A DNA stretch of 64,000 nucleotides. Source: an uncultured bacterium. GTDB taxonomy: Bacteria > Babelota > Babeliae > Babelales > JACPOV01. The stretch is taken from assembly GCA_963744715.1 (NCBI GenBank), contig CAVUUR010000006.1, positions 128,001 through 192,000 of the forward strand. The letters are read 5' to 3'. The notes beneath the pieces are model-generated. The model was not told the origin of the DNA. It saw nothing but the letters and a program-made list of their open reading frames with translations, and did no database searches. Position numbers and translations under genes: made by a program. Below are positions 41,421 to 52,349 of this stretch, one piece after another (position 1 is the stretch's first letter; every line of letters starts with the position of its first letter).

Positions 41421-42422
41421 TTATTCCCAATCGAGGGATGACGCTGATTGATATTCGGTAACGCGTGTTTCAAAAAAGTTCTTTTCTTTATTCAAATCAG
41501 TTGTTTGTGACATCCATGGCAATGGATTTTCTTTATAATATAATTTTGGTAACCCAATACGTTCGAGTCTGCGATCTGCTATATATTCAACATAATCACT
41601 AAAATGTTGCGCATTGATACCGAGTAATCCTTCTGGACAAGCATCATGAGCATATTTTTGTTCCAGAATAACTGCTTTTTTAATTAAACTAACAACCTCG
41701 GCCTGGAATGCTGGTGTCCAAATTTCTGGATTTTCAACTTTAATAGTATTGATCAAATCACAACCGAACGCTAAATGAATACTTTCATCGCGCATAATAT
41801 ATTCGAATTGTTCACCAATACCTATCATCTTATTTTGTCGCTTTAACGCAAGTATCATAGCAAAACCGGCATAAAAGAAGATGCCTTCCATGATAACGTA
41901 ATAACCAATAAGATCATGCACAAAAGATTGTATATTTTTTGTACCTTCCGTGGTAAATGAAGGATCGAAAATTGATTTAGTCAGTTCAATCACGAATGAG
42001 TCTTTTTGTGCGATAGAAGGAATCGTATTATACATATTGTATATTTCATCCGGATCAAGCCCTAAGCTATCGCAACAATAAATAAAGGTATCGGTATGAA
42101 TTGCCTCTTCAAAGGCTTGACGCAGTATATATTGCCGACATTCTGGATTGGTAACGTGACGATACACCGCCAACACAATATTATTAGCCGTTAATGATTC
42201 TGCCGTAGAAAAAAAACCTAAATTCCACAAAATAAGTCTTCGCTCACGCTCACTCAATGCCGTAGGAGATCGCCATTGCTCAACATCTTGTTGCATTGAA
42301 ATTTCTTCAGGTGACCAATTGTTGGCAATACCATCTTTATAATGTTTGCGCGCCCAGTTATAGGTCATGGGCAAAATTTTGTTCGGATCAGTTTTTGAAT
42401 TATTAATTATTTTTTTTACCAT
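41421..42422 (-). CDS. nrdB: ribonucleotide reductase beta subunit, class Ic (R2c) type
   Basis: FFSTAESL, EEAIHTDTF, MEGIFFY, RDESIH and NFFETRVTEY. Confidence 0.95.
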   Translation of the reverse strand: MVKKIINNSKTDPNKILPMTYNWARKHYKDGIANNWSPEEISMQQDVEQWRSPTALSERERRLILWNLGFFSTAESLTANNIVLAVYRHVTNPECRQYILRQAFEEAIHTDTFIYCCDSLGLDPDEIYNMYNTIPSIAQKDSFVIELTKSIFDPSFTTEGTKNIQSFVHDLIGYYVIMEGIFFYAGFAMILALKRQNKMIGIGEQFEYIMRDESIHLAFGCDLINTIKVENPEIWTPAFQAEVVSLIKKAVILEQKYAHDACPEGLLGINAQHFSDYVEYIADRRLERIGLPKLYYKENPLPWMSQTTDLNKEKNFFETRVTEYQSASSLDWE

Positions 42423-42452
42423 AATAATCTCCTGTATAAATTACTATTTTTT

Positions 42453-44975
42453 TTACTGACATGATTCACATTCTGTATCAAACGGATTGCATGATGCACC
42501 AAAACTCGGTGATGGCGCTTCCGGACTTTCAATAACCGTGTCACTTTGATTTAAAACAGTATATTCACGTTTTTGAGTAAAGCCATATTTACCTGCATCA
42601 AGGGTTGCTTTTTCAATTTGCGTTGCACCTAACGTTCTTAAATAATAGGATGTTTTAAGGCCAGATTTCCAAATGTACATATAAATTTCATCTAGTTTTT
42701 TACCCGAAACGCCCTGCATAAAAACATTATACGATTGACTTTGATCAATCCATTTGCCACGCGCCGCTGCTATTTTAATTAACCACAATGGATCGAGTTC
42801 AAAAGCCGTTCTATATTTTTGTTTAATAGGTTCTGGTATAGAAGCAATCAAACTCAAATCTCCATCATAATATTTTAATTGCTCCAACATAGTTGGATTC
42901 CACAAATTGAGTTTTTTTAAATCGTCAACCAGATAACGATTGATAATAGTAAATTCACCCGAAATGTTTGATTTCACATAAATATTTTTATATATCGCCT
43001 CGATACTTGGATAACAACCAGCAATATTGGCAATCGTTGCCGTAGGCGCAATAGCCATAATATTAGAATTTCTAATTCCCCATACCTTCACATATTCACG
43101 AACTGGTTTCCAATCCAATACTGATCTACGTGAAACATCAATTGGCATACCACGTTCTTTTGCTAACAAATCAATCGTATCAAGAGGGAAAATCCCACGA
43201 TCCCATTTTGAACCTTTATACGTTGAATACGCACCGCGCTCCTGCGCTAATTGTGATGACGCTAAAATGGCATGGTATGCAACAAACTCACCAAGGTAAT
43301 CTGCAAATTCCAGTGCGGCAGGTGATGCAAATGAAATATTTAATTTAAATAAAGCATCTTGAAAACCCATTACACCCAAACCGATAGGGCGGTGCCGAAT
43401 ATTTGAATTTTTTGCCTCAATAGTTGGATAAAAATTAAGGTCGATGACATTATCCAACATGCGCACGGCAGTCTTTATCGTTTCTGCCAACATCGCTTCA
43501 TTGAGAACACCGTTATCAGTAATATGCTGCGCTAAATTAACCGACCCTAGATTACATACTGCTGTTTCGTCAGCTGATGTGTTAAGCGTAATTTCGGTGC
43601 ACAAATTAGAACTGTGTACAACCCCAACATGATCTTGTGGTGAACGAATATTGCAAGGATCTTTAAAGGTTATCCATGGATGACCAGTTTCAAATAAGCG
43701 ACTCAACATTTTGCGCCATAATTTTTGCGCAGAAACTTTTTTGAATAAGGTAATTTCGCCGCGCACTACTTTTTGTTCATATTCAGTATATTTTTTTTCA
43801 AAAGCTTGCCCATACAAATCATGAAGATCTGGCACTTCTTCGGGAGAGAATAAGGTCCAATCACCATCGGCAAGCACCCGTTTCATAAATAAATCAGGTA
43901 TCCAATGTGCCGTATTCATATCATGAGTTCGCCGACGTTCATCACCCGTATTACGGCGCAAATCCAAAAAATCTTCAACATCAATATGCCACGTTTCTAA
44001 ATAAGCAGCAGTGCCGCCACGTCGAATGCCACTGCGGGTGATAGCAACAACCACATCATTAACAATTTTTAAATAAGGAATAACACCCTGACTTGTTGCA
44101 TGAATACTTTTTATAAATGCACCGGTGCCACGAATATTAGTCCAATCATTACCAATACCACCAGCCCATTTTGAAAGTTGCGCATTATCGCCAATACATT
44201 TAAAAATATGGCCAAGATCGTCGTTAACCGTTGATAAATAACAAGAACTTAATTGTGCAATTTTATAGCCTGAGTGAAATAAGGTAGGCGTTGAAGAAAT
44301 ATAACGCAACATTGAAAATTTTTCATAAAACTCCAGTGTACGTTCTTCGCGATTCGCCTCATTAAGTGCCAAACCCATAGCAATGCGCATCCAAAACGAT
44401 TGGGGTAGCTCGCATTTTTTTTTGTTTATTTTAAAAAAATAACGTTCGCAGAGCGTTTGAAGCCCTTGATAATTAAAAAGATTATCACGATCTATAACTA
44501 TATTGCGCGCTAAGAAATCTAAATCAAATTCACGCAGACGGGCATCTAATACTCCATGTTCTATTCCGCGATGGATGCCTTCAATGAAGGAAGCTTGATA
44601 GGTATTCTGTAGATGCATTTCTCTACTTGATTGACCAAATATTTCCTTGTATGTTTTTTGTAGCAATAAATTAACCGCGATTTTATCGTACGCAGGATCT
44701 TGTTCAATAAAAACAACCGTTGAAAAAATAATTGCTGATTCGATTTCTTTAGTTGTAACATTGTCGTAAATGTTTCTTACTGTTTCTGCTACAATTGCAT
44801 CGATGGCTACCGTTTCATTGCAATTTTTTGCAGCGCGAGTAATAGAATTACGAATTTTATTAATATCCAAAAGCACACTTGTGCCATTCCGTTTAATTAC
44901 CCGTAATGTTCGTAATGCCGGCTCATCTAAAATACCTAAAGTCGTTCGCACATAGGTGCTATTATGAACTTCCAT
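42453..44975 (-). CDS. nrdA: ribonucleotide reductase alpha subunit with ATP cone
   Basis: VIKRNG cone, STPTLFH, LSSC, SNLCTEI, APTATI and C-terminal CESCQ. Confidence 0.97.
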   Translation of the reverse strand: MEVHNSTYVRTTLGILDEPALRTLRVIKRNGTSVLLDINKIRNSITRAAKNCNETVAIDAIVAETVRNIYDNVTTKEIESAIIFSTVVFIEQDPAYDKIAVNLLLQKTYKEIFGQSSREMHLQNTYQASFIEGIHRGIEHGVLDARLREFDLDFLARNIVIDRDNLFNYQGLQTLCERYFFKINKKKCELPQSFWMRIAMGLALNEANREERTLEFYEKFSMLRYISSTPTLFHSGYKIAQLSSCYLSTVNDDLGHIFKCIGDNAQLSKWAGGIGNDWTNIRGTGAFIKSIHATSQGVIPYLKIVNDVVVAITRSGIRRGGTAAYLETWHIDVEDFLDLRRNTGDERRRTHDMNTAHWIPDLFMKRVLADGDWTLFSPEEVPDLHDLYGQAFEKKYTEYEQKVVRGEITLFKKVSAQKLWRKMLSRLFETGHPWITFKDPCNIRSPQDHVGVVHSSNLCTEITLNTSADETAVCNLGSVNLAQHITDNGVLNEAMLAETIKTAVRMLDNVIDLNFYPTIEAKNSNIRHRPIGLGVMGFQDALFKLNISFASPAALEFADYLGEFVAYHAILASSQLAQERGAYSTYKGSKWDRGIFPLDTIDLLAKERGMPIDVSRRSVLDWKPVREYVKVWGIRNSNIMAIAPTATIANIAGCYPSIEAIYKNIYVKSNISGEFTIINRYLVDDLKKLNLWNPTMLEQLKYYDGDLSLIASIPEPIKQKYRTAFELDPLWLIKIAAARGKWIDQSQSYNVFMQGVSGKKLDEIYMYIWKSGLKTSYYLRTLGATQIEKATLDAGKYGFTQKREYTVLNQSDTVIESPEAPSPSFGASCNPFDTECESCQ

Positions 44976-45481
44976 GTACTTCCTTCCATATGCTGATTAG
45001 TTATATCAAGGTTAAAAAAAATTAATAAAGCAACCCACATGCTAATGTTACATAACTTAACAATGTGCTGTTTTCTTAATTCATAATCAATACTCCCTTT
45101 TTTTATCGTGCTTACATTACTACGTGCCCACACGAAAACTTATTAATATTGGTTCAACTGCACAAAGACATCCCTCAACACAATCCCCCCTGTAGTTCAT
45201 GCTAAAATAAAAATTTTTTCAAATGGAATATTCCAAATAAGATCTTCTTACGATACTTTATCATGTTAATAACCTAGAAGCAAACGAAAAATTATCGTTT
45301 TTTTTTAGAAAATATATTCTTAATTTTTTATGAATAAAACATTTAGTATAATCTCAAATAGAATGATTTTTTAAATAAATTTACGTAACAGCTCTTGACC
45401 ATTACTAACCAAGGCAGGTAAGCTTACTTTCCGAGGGCAGTGTGCTTACCGCAATATTTTTTTTTAAGGAGATTTATTTAT

Positions 45482-46429
45482 ATGAATTATACACAACGTT
45501 ATATAAACACAAGTTTACTGGTACTTATCACTTCTCTAGCAACATTGCATGCAGAAGTTCATAAAGTACAAACAATGGCTGAATATAATAGTTTACTCGC
45601 GCAAGGGAAACCAGTTTTTATTGATGTATCAACGAGCTGGTGTGGACCGTGCAAACAATTTAAACCAACCTTTGAAAAACTTTCTGATGAATATCCGGAT
45701 GTTATTTTTATTGAACTGGATGGTGATAATGGAGCCACCAAATCGGCTCATAACGCTTCAAGTTATCCAACCTTTATTTTTCTTGATAGCAAAGGTAATC
45801 AGGTAGATCGTTTTTCTGGTGCACTGTTAGAAAAAATACGTAAAAATCTTAATAAAATTTCTGGCAAAGCTGCATGTCCTACACCAGCACCTGCGCAAAA
45901 AGCACCACCTCCCGTGTATAAAAAACCGATGGAAACTGCCAAACCTAAACACGTTGATTCTGCCGTTGCAGCACCGGTAGTAGTACCTATGGAATCTTCA
46001 AAAGAAGGTCGCATGAAAAAAGAAACTCAGAAAAAAGAATCACGCATGAAAAAAGAAAAGGCGCCAAAAAAAAAAGATCTAATACGAGTAACGTCAGCAG
46101 AACAGTTTACGAAGGTAGTAATTGAGAGTAACAAAAAAACGGTAATCCATTTCAAAGCACCCAACTGCCCTCAATGCGATGATCTCGGATTAGCACTTGC
46201 GCACCTAGCTCAAGATGAACAATATGAATCATTACAATTTATAACTATAGAAACTGATAATAAAAATCTTAAGAATATTATTGGCCAACCCGGTCTTCTT
46301 GCATTGCCGTCATACACCTGGTTATTTAAAGGCATGAGTGAACTAAAAGGAATCACATCAGAAGATATGTTACTGATGCATGTAAAAACAAAATTAATGG
46401 AAGCGTATAATATTTCAATGACTATGTAA
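45482..46429 (+). CDS. exported protein with two thioredoxin domains
   Basis: Signal peptide; WCGPC domain, Pro/Lys-rich linker, CPQC domain. Confidence 0.85.
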   Translation: MNYTQRYINTSLLVLITSLATLHAEVHKVQTMAEYNSLLAQGKPVFIDVSTSWCGPCKQFKPTFEKLSDEYPDVIFIELDGDNGATKSAHNASSYPTFIFLDSKGNQVDRFSGALLEKIRKNLNKISGKAACPTPAPAQKAPPPVYKKPMETAKPKHVDSAVAAPVVVPMESSKEGRMKKETQKKESRMKKEKAPKKKDLIRVTSAEQFTKVVIESNKKTVIHFKAPNCPQCDDLGLALAHLAQDEQYESLQFITIETDNKNLKNIIGQPGLLALPSYTWLFKGMSELKGITSEDMLLMHVKTKLMEAYNISMTM

Positions 46430-46454
46430 TAAACAAAAAGAATCGTTATACAAT

Positions 46455-46486
46455 AAAAAAGGCCTGGGTTTTGACCAGGCCTTTTT
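46455..46486. terminator. bidirectional Rho-independent terminator
   Basis: aaaaaaggcctgg-gttttga-ccaggccttttt between convergent genes. Confidence 0.9.
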
Positions 46487-46504
46487 CTTTTACATAAAAA
46501 GAAT

Positions 46505-48481
46505 TTATCGTGCTACTAATAATAAGGCAATAATCGACATTAATTTAATCAAAATATTCAACGCAGGGCCTGATGTATCCTTAAATGGATCGCCAACCGT
46601 ATCACCAATAACGGCAGCTTTATGTGCATCAGATCCTTTGCCACCCATATGACCGGCTTCAATATATTTTTTAGCATTATCCCATGCGCCACCACCATTA
46701 CACATCATTAATGAAAGAAGCACACCAACAACCGTTGCGCCAACTAACAATCCGCCAACTGCTGCTTTGCCCAAAAAGTAATTAATAATGAGTGGTACCA
46801 TAAGAATAATAATACCAGGTAATAACATTTCGCGTAACGATGCTTGAGTACTAATTGCAATGCATCGTTTATAATCAGGTTCGGCAGTCCCTGCCATTAA
46901 CCCAGGAATTTCTTTAAATTGTCTACGCACTTCCATCACCATTTGCAATGCAGCTTTACCTACTGAACGCATGGTCAAAGCTGAAATAAAAAATGGTAAC
47001 ATGCCACCAATAAAAACACCGGCTAATACAAAAGGATCAAGAATATCCAACACATCAAGACCAGCTAATTGGGCATATGCAGAAAATAACGCAAGTGCCG
47101 TTAATAATGCTGAGCCTACTGCAAATCCTTTACCCATAGCAGCCGTAGTATTACCTAACGCATCTAATCTATCGGTAATCGCGCGTACTTCAGGACCAAA
47201 TCCTGACATTTCTGCAATACCGCCAGCATTATCTGCTATTGGCCCGTAAGCATCAACGGTCATTGAAATACCTACCGTTGAAAGCATCGCGAGCGCTGCT
47301 ATAGAAACACCAAAAAGTCCACCACCAAAAAAGAATGAACATAATACTACAAGCACTAAAACAAGGACCGGCAATACGGTTGATTCCATACCAACTGATA
47401 ATCCGTAAATAATATTAGTTGCTGCGCCTGAACGAGAAATATCCGCTAATTTTTTAATAGGGGATCCACCCGTATAATATTCCGTAATGGAGCCAATAAG
47501 GATACCGGAAAAACAACCCAAGACAATGGAACCCAATAAATACATATCAAGGTGCGAATAATGTAAGTAACCAGCCATTGATACAATAAAAACAGCAACG
47601 GCTATGTAATTTGCGTTGCGCAACATTGCCGCGGGATGCAAATTTAGAAAAGCATTAGATATCAATCCAAATGCAGAACTTATTAATCCGAATGCCGCCA
47701 TTATAAAAGGGAATGTATAATAATCAAGGGAATTATATTCCATCGAAGTTGTTGCCAACATCACGGCAGAAATCATTGCACCGACGTATGATTCATAAAT
47801 ATCGGCACCCATGCCCGCAGTGTCTCCAACACAATCACCAACGTTATCTGCAATAACTGCAGGATTACGTGGATCATCTTCAGGAATTCCTGCCTCAACT
47901 TTACCTACTAAATCAGCACCCACATCGGCCGATTTGGTATAAATACCACCGCCAACGCGAGCAAAAAAAGCTACTAAACTGGCTCCGAAACCGAAGCTAG
48001 TAATGAGCTCAATCATATTGCTACGATCAGCAAAAAGATAAAAGACGGTACCGAGTCCGATCAGACCAAAACTTGCTACTGAAAATCCCATCACACCACC
48101 ACCAAAAAATGCTATCGAAAAAGCTTGTCGCTCACCTTCATTTTTTGCAGCCATAGTAGTACGAACATTCGCAATGGTTGCTGCGCGCATGCCGATAAGA
48201 CCGGTTGATAAGGAGAATAATGCACCACCAATAAAAATCATAGCCGCTAATGGAGAGGTATAAATACTCATAAAGAATGCAACAACAATTGCAACAAGAG
48301 CAATAATTTTATATTCCTCTTTTAAGAAGGTCATTGCGCCATCACTAATAGCTTTGGCTATTTGATTAGCTTTTTTATCATCAACCGGCAATGCCAGAAT
48401 AAGACGAAATAAAAATACGACAATTCCTAATCCAAATAACCCCGTCAGCAGCATAATACTGTAATATGTAGTGAGCTCCAT
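46505..48481 (-). CDS. hppA: membrane-bound cation-translocating pyrophosphatase (K+-dependent type)
   Basis: DVGADLVGKVE, DNVGD, GNTTAA and GDTVGDPFKD. Confidence 0.95.
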   Translation of the reverse strand: MELTTYYSIMLLTGLFGLGIVVFLFRLILALPVDDKKANQIAKAISDGAMTFLKEEYKIIALVAIVVAFFMSIYTSPLAAMIFIGGALFSLSTGLIGMRAATIANVRTTMAAKNEGERQAFSIAFFGGGVMGFSVASFGLIGLGTVFYLFADRSNMIELITSFGFGASLVAFFARVGGGIYTKSADVGADLVGKVEAGIPEDDPRNPAVIADNVGDCVGDTAGMGADIYESYVGAMISAVMLATTSMEYNSLDYYTFPFIMAAFGLISSAFGLISNAFLNLHPAAMLRNANYIAVAVFIVSMAGYLHYSHLDMYLLGSIVLGCFSGILIGSITEYYTGGSPIKKLADISRSGAATNIIYGLSVGMESTVLPVLVLVLVVLCSFFFGGGLFGVSIAALAMLSTVGISMTVDAYGPIADNAGGIAEMSGFGPEVRAITDRLDALGNTTAAMGKGFAVGSALLTALALFSAYAQLAGLDVLDILDPFVLAGVFIGGMLPFFISALTMRSVGKAALQMVMEVRRQFKEIPGLMAGTAEPDYKRCIAISTQASLREMLLPGIIILMVPLIINYFLGKAAVGGLLVGATVVGVLLSLMMCNGGGAWDNAKKYIEAGHMGGKGSDAHKAAVIGDTVGDPFKDTSGPALNILIKLMSIIALLLVAR

Positions 48482-48755
48482 AAAAAAATTCCTTAACCTG
48501 TTTATAAGAACATTATTACCAAATTTATATTTATGGTAATTGCAAATAATTGCTTTGTAAAGCTCTATGCAGTTTATTTGTGATTTTAAGTATGCAGTTT
48601 CAGCATGAATTGTTATAGATAGAGTACTGCTTTTGCAAAAAAAATTCATATCTTGATTTAAGATATTGCATTATTAATCCATGTTTTACTATTTTATATT
48701 TATATTTATGGGTAATGTGGGTAGATAAAAAACTAACCATATGCAGGGAATAACT

Positions 48756-50354
48756 ATGAAAAAGTATTTTTTATTGTTCTTTATGGCATCGCCTTTGCGT
48801 GCTGATTTTAAAGATATAGAAGAATCATTACAATCTCTGGCTACTACGTTAGATACCATGCAAAATCTATTACAAAAAATGCCAACTGAACAACAGCCCC
48901 AACAACCGATTGAGCAACTAAAAACTCCGGTATTGACCATCAATTTTTCCTATGCAACGTTCAATGAGTGGTATACTGATTGCATGAAATTACCTTATTA
49001 CCGAGAAATGGGGACTGATTATTCACGCCAGCCGCCCAGACTTAGCGCAAATGAAGTAGATAGGGTTTTGAAAGGATTTACATCAACATTACGCGATAGT
49101 CCTTTAATCAAAAAAGAGCATTGGGTAGATCAAAAAGCAACTCCCGATGTTTCTTTTTTTGACCTTTCTGTGGAACTATTTAAACCGTATGTGCAAAAAT
49201 TAGTTGTTCCTAGTGACAGTGAAACGGCATTCCATGGAGATCTTCATGGCGATATTCATTCATTGTGTAAGTATCTAAAAGAATTGAGTAAAAAAGGATA
49301 TCTTGACACTAAAGATCCATTTAAGATTATCAAAAAAAATTTTTATATGATTTTTTTAGGTGATTATGTTGACCGTGGCAACTATGGCCTTGAAGTTATT
49401 TACACCATTTTACGATTAAAAATAGCAAATCCCGATAAGGTGTTTATGGTTCGGGGGAATCATGAAGATAAATCCATAAACATTGATTATGGATTTGCCG
49501 AAGAACTTGATACAAAATTACCACACAATAAAATATTACATGATCATATTTATGGTCTATACAATTTACTTCCTGTTGCATTGTATTATGGGTCTGGAAA
49601 TCCGACTTCATTAACTTTTTTCCAATGTTGCCACGGCGGCATGGAGCTTGGCTACTTACCGGAACAATTATTAGCCACTAAAGAATTAATTACATTTCAA
49701 TGGTTAGGAACGTTAAACAGACCCGAAAATTTAAAAACGATTCTTGAAAACAAGTATAGGAAACTTGCCAACCAACAAAAAAATGTAAATTCTGTAGTAA
49801 CAGGGTTTATTCAACAAACAGTTCCGCGACAAATTCAACAATTAAAAGATTATACTACTGCAGATATTGGTTTTATGTGGAATGATTTTGTAATTCAACC
49901 AAATACTTATATTCATGCAAGCTCTCGAGGAAACATGATAGCCGAATATGGAGAACGCCTCACTTCCCTCATCCTCGAAGGCAGCATTAGCGAAAAATAT
50001 AATCATACCGTTAAAGGTGTTTTTAGAGCACATCAACATAGTAACGAATTCACTAACCCATATGGCGAAAAAACTATGATGAGCGTTATTTTAGATGATA
50101 CGTATCCTAACAGCTTGGGGGTAGGAAAATTATGGAGAACAACAAAACGTTCCCAAAATCCTGCTACGCAATTATGGGATAATATAGTATGCACCTTTAA
50201 TGTTTCTCCAGACACTGCCTATAGTAGGCCTAGGGGAACGTATCCTGGCTTTGATTTCGATACGTATGCTATGGTAAAAACAGGAAATAAGTATCCGGAT
50301 GATTGGAACTTTGATGTACATCGAAAAACCATATTACCAGCATTATTAAAATAA
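48756..50354 (+). CDS. secreted PPP-family Ser/Thr protein phosphatase
   Basis: GDLHG, GDYVDRG, RGNHE, HGG and RAHQ; signal peptide. Confidence 0.9.
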   Translation: MKKYFLLFFMASPLRADFKDIEESLQSLATTLDTMQNLLQKMPTEQQPQQPIEQLKTPVLTINFSYATFNEWYTDCMKLPYYREMGTDYSRQPPRLSANEVDRVLKGFTSTLRDSPLIKKEHWVDQKATPDVSFFDLSVELFKPYVQKLVVPSDSETAFHGDLHGDIHSLCKYLKELSKKGYLDTKDPFKIIKKNFYMIFLGDYVDRGNYGLEVIYTILRLKIANPDKVFMVRGNHEDKSINIDYGFAEELDTKLPHNKILHDHIYGLYNLLPVALYYGSGNPTSLTFFQCCHGGMELGYLPEQLLATKELITFQWLGTLNRPENLKTILENKYRKLANQQKNVNSVVTGFIQQTVPRQIQQLKDYTTADIGFMWNDFVIQPNTYIHASSRGNMIAEYGERLTSLILEGSISEKYNHTVKGVFRAHQHSNEFTNPYGEKTMMSVILDDTYPNSLGVGKLWRTTKRSQNPATQLWDNIVCTFNVSPDTAYSRPRGTYPGFDFDTYAMVKTGNKYPDDWNFDVHRKTILPALLK

Positions 50355-50373
50355 CGTTGTTATTATAAGAATG

Positions 50374-51806
50374 TTATGCAAGTTCCATAATAATTTTTGC
50401 TTCACTAAAGTAGGTTTTTGTACCTTTTGTCAGCTGATATTCATCATGCCCTTTACCTAATAAGGCAATAATGGAACCAGCTTGCGAACACGCGTATGCT
50501 TTTTTGATTGCCTGTTCTCTATCCAATTCATATATGATAGTTGCTTTTGTATCTTTTGGAATTCCCTGCAAGATCTCCTGAGCAATAGATTCAGGATTTT
50601 CAGAACGAGGATTATCTGAAGTAATGATAACAATGTCCGCTAATTGAGCGGCAATTGAACCCATGATAGGTCTTTTTATGCGATCACGATCCCCACCTGC
50701 ACCAAAAACAACAATAAGATGTGGTGTTAATGCTCGTAATGTACTAAGAACTGCTCTGTATGAAGAAGGATTGTGTGCATTATCGATAAAACAATATGCA
50801 CCATTATCTAAGGTATATTTATTTAATCGTCCGGGCACTGAAGTAAATGAAATAAATGCCCGCACAACGTCCTTATGAGAAATACCACACTGCAATGCCA
50901 ACGTAGCGGCAGCTAATGCATTATACGCATTAAATATTCCCATTAAGGTAGGAATTTCATAATCATAGGTATGATTATTTTTTGTTATCGATAGTAACAA
51001 TCCATGCAATTGCTTATCAACAACACTACCCCGCACCATCGCTTGCGTATTGGCAAATCCTATACTGATAACATTATCGCCGGAAAGTAATTTTTGACAC
51101 CAACTATCGTCGGCATTAACAATTACCTGTCCTCCCGGTTGTAATTGTTTAAGCAACGTGCATTTTGCATTAAAATAATCATCAATGGTGGGATAAAATT
51201 CAGAATGTTCGAGATCAAAATTAGTAAAAATGGCCCCCGCAAATTCAATCCCCCATGTTCGATAGAGCGAAAAAGCTTGTGCGGCGGTTTCCATAATAAC
51301 ATAATCAATATCAAACATAACGCACTCATTAAAAAAAGCATGTAAATAATCAGGATGCTGCGTGGTCAAATTGGTATGAAAATCATGCCCGAGAATACTA
51401 TTTTTTACACTGCTTAATAATGCTGTTTTAAATCCGGCAGAACGCATAATATGTTCAAGAAGAAAGCAGGTAGTAGTTTTCCCTTTAGTGCCTGTTACGC
51501 CGAAAATGCGCAGTTTTTTTGCTGGAAAATTAAATGCTTGTGCACTTAACTGGGCGAGCGCATGCCGCGCATTATCTACACGCATAAGGTAACGTTATGT
51601 TGTTTGATGGCATATTCTGCATCCTCAGGAATATTAACGCCGTTTTCTATTACAATCGTGCAAGCACCTTTTTGTATAGCCAGTGCAATATAGTTCACCC
51701 CATCAGTTTGCATTCCTTTAATAGCAACAAAGGTCGACCCCTTGCTAAGGTAATCGGTATGACAGGTAACGGGGAAATATGGTGGTAACGATGGAATATT
51801 TTTCAT
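50374..51806 (-). CDS. murE: UDP-MurNAc-tripeptide synthetase, apparent frameshift near 51585
   Basis: FVAIKG..DG N-domain, GVTGTKGKTT, DNAHNP, DNPR and GKGHD.YQ. Confidence 0.9.
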
Positions 51807-51933
51807 GTGGATAATTTGTTATTTAGATATAACCTTACGATTAAAACTGAGTGAACGTACAAAAATAATGCTTTTAAGTATATTAAAAAAAATAGTATGT
51901 TGAAATAAGATAAAAAAATTATAGGAAGAAACT

Positions 51934-52349
51934 ATGAAATTATTGGCTCTCGATCTTGGTGATCAATGGACGGGATCAGCGCTTTCAGATTCATTACAGA
52001 TGTTTGCAAAACCGTATAAAACAATAGCAACTTCCTCAGCTTTAATGAATTTTTATCGACTACTATTGCTACTGAAAAAATTAGCACCATTGTTGTTGGA
52101 CTCCCTATAACGTTAAAAGGAAAGGAAAGTGCACAAACAAAAAAAGTAATCAGCACAAAGCAACATTTAGAACAATGTTTTCCTACTATCACCTGGGTTT
52201 TATGGGATGAACGCTTGACCAGTCACTATGCTCAACAGTTAAAAAAGGCCGTAACAAAAGAAGAAAAACTGCTCACGCATTCACGAGCAGCGGCTTTTAT
52301 TTTACAAACGTACCTCGATTATCTTAATTTAAAAAAAAAGGCTTTATAA
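51934..52349 (+). CDS. ruvX: YqgF/RuvX RNase H-like nuclease, apparent frameshift near 52035 (absent from ORF track)
   Basis: [14 protein letters not shown], then VVGLP, WDERLTS and [11 protein letters not shown] in a shifted frame. Confidence 0.85.

Noticed and set aside
48482..48649. Long N-terminal extensions in ORF-track calls (hppA, rseP, gpmI, 38667-39791, 24057-25025)
   Set aside because: Better RBS-supported downstream starts exist
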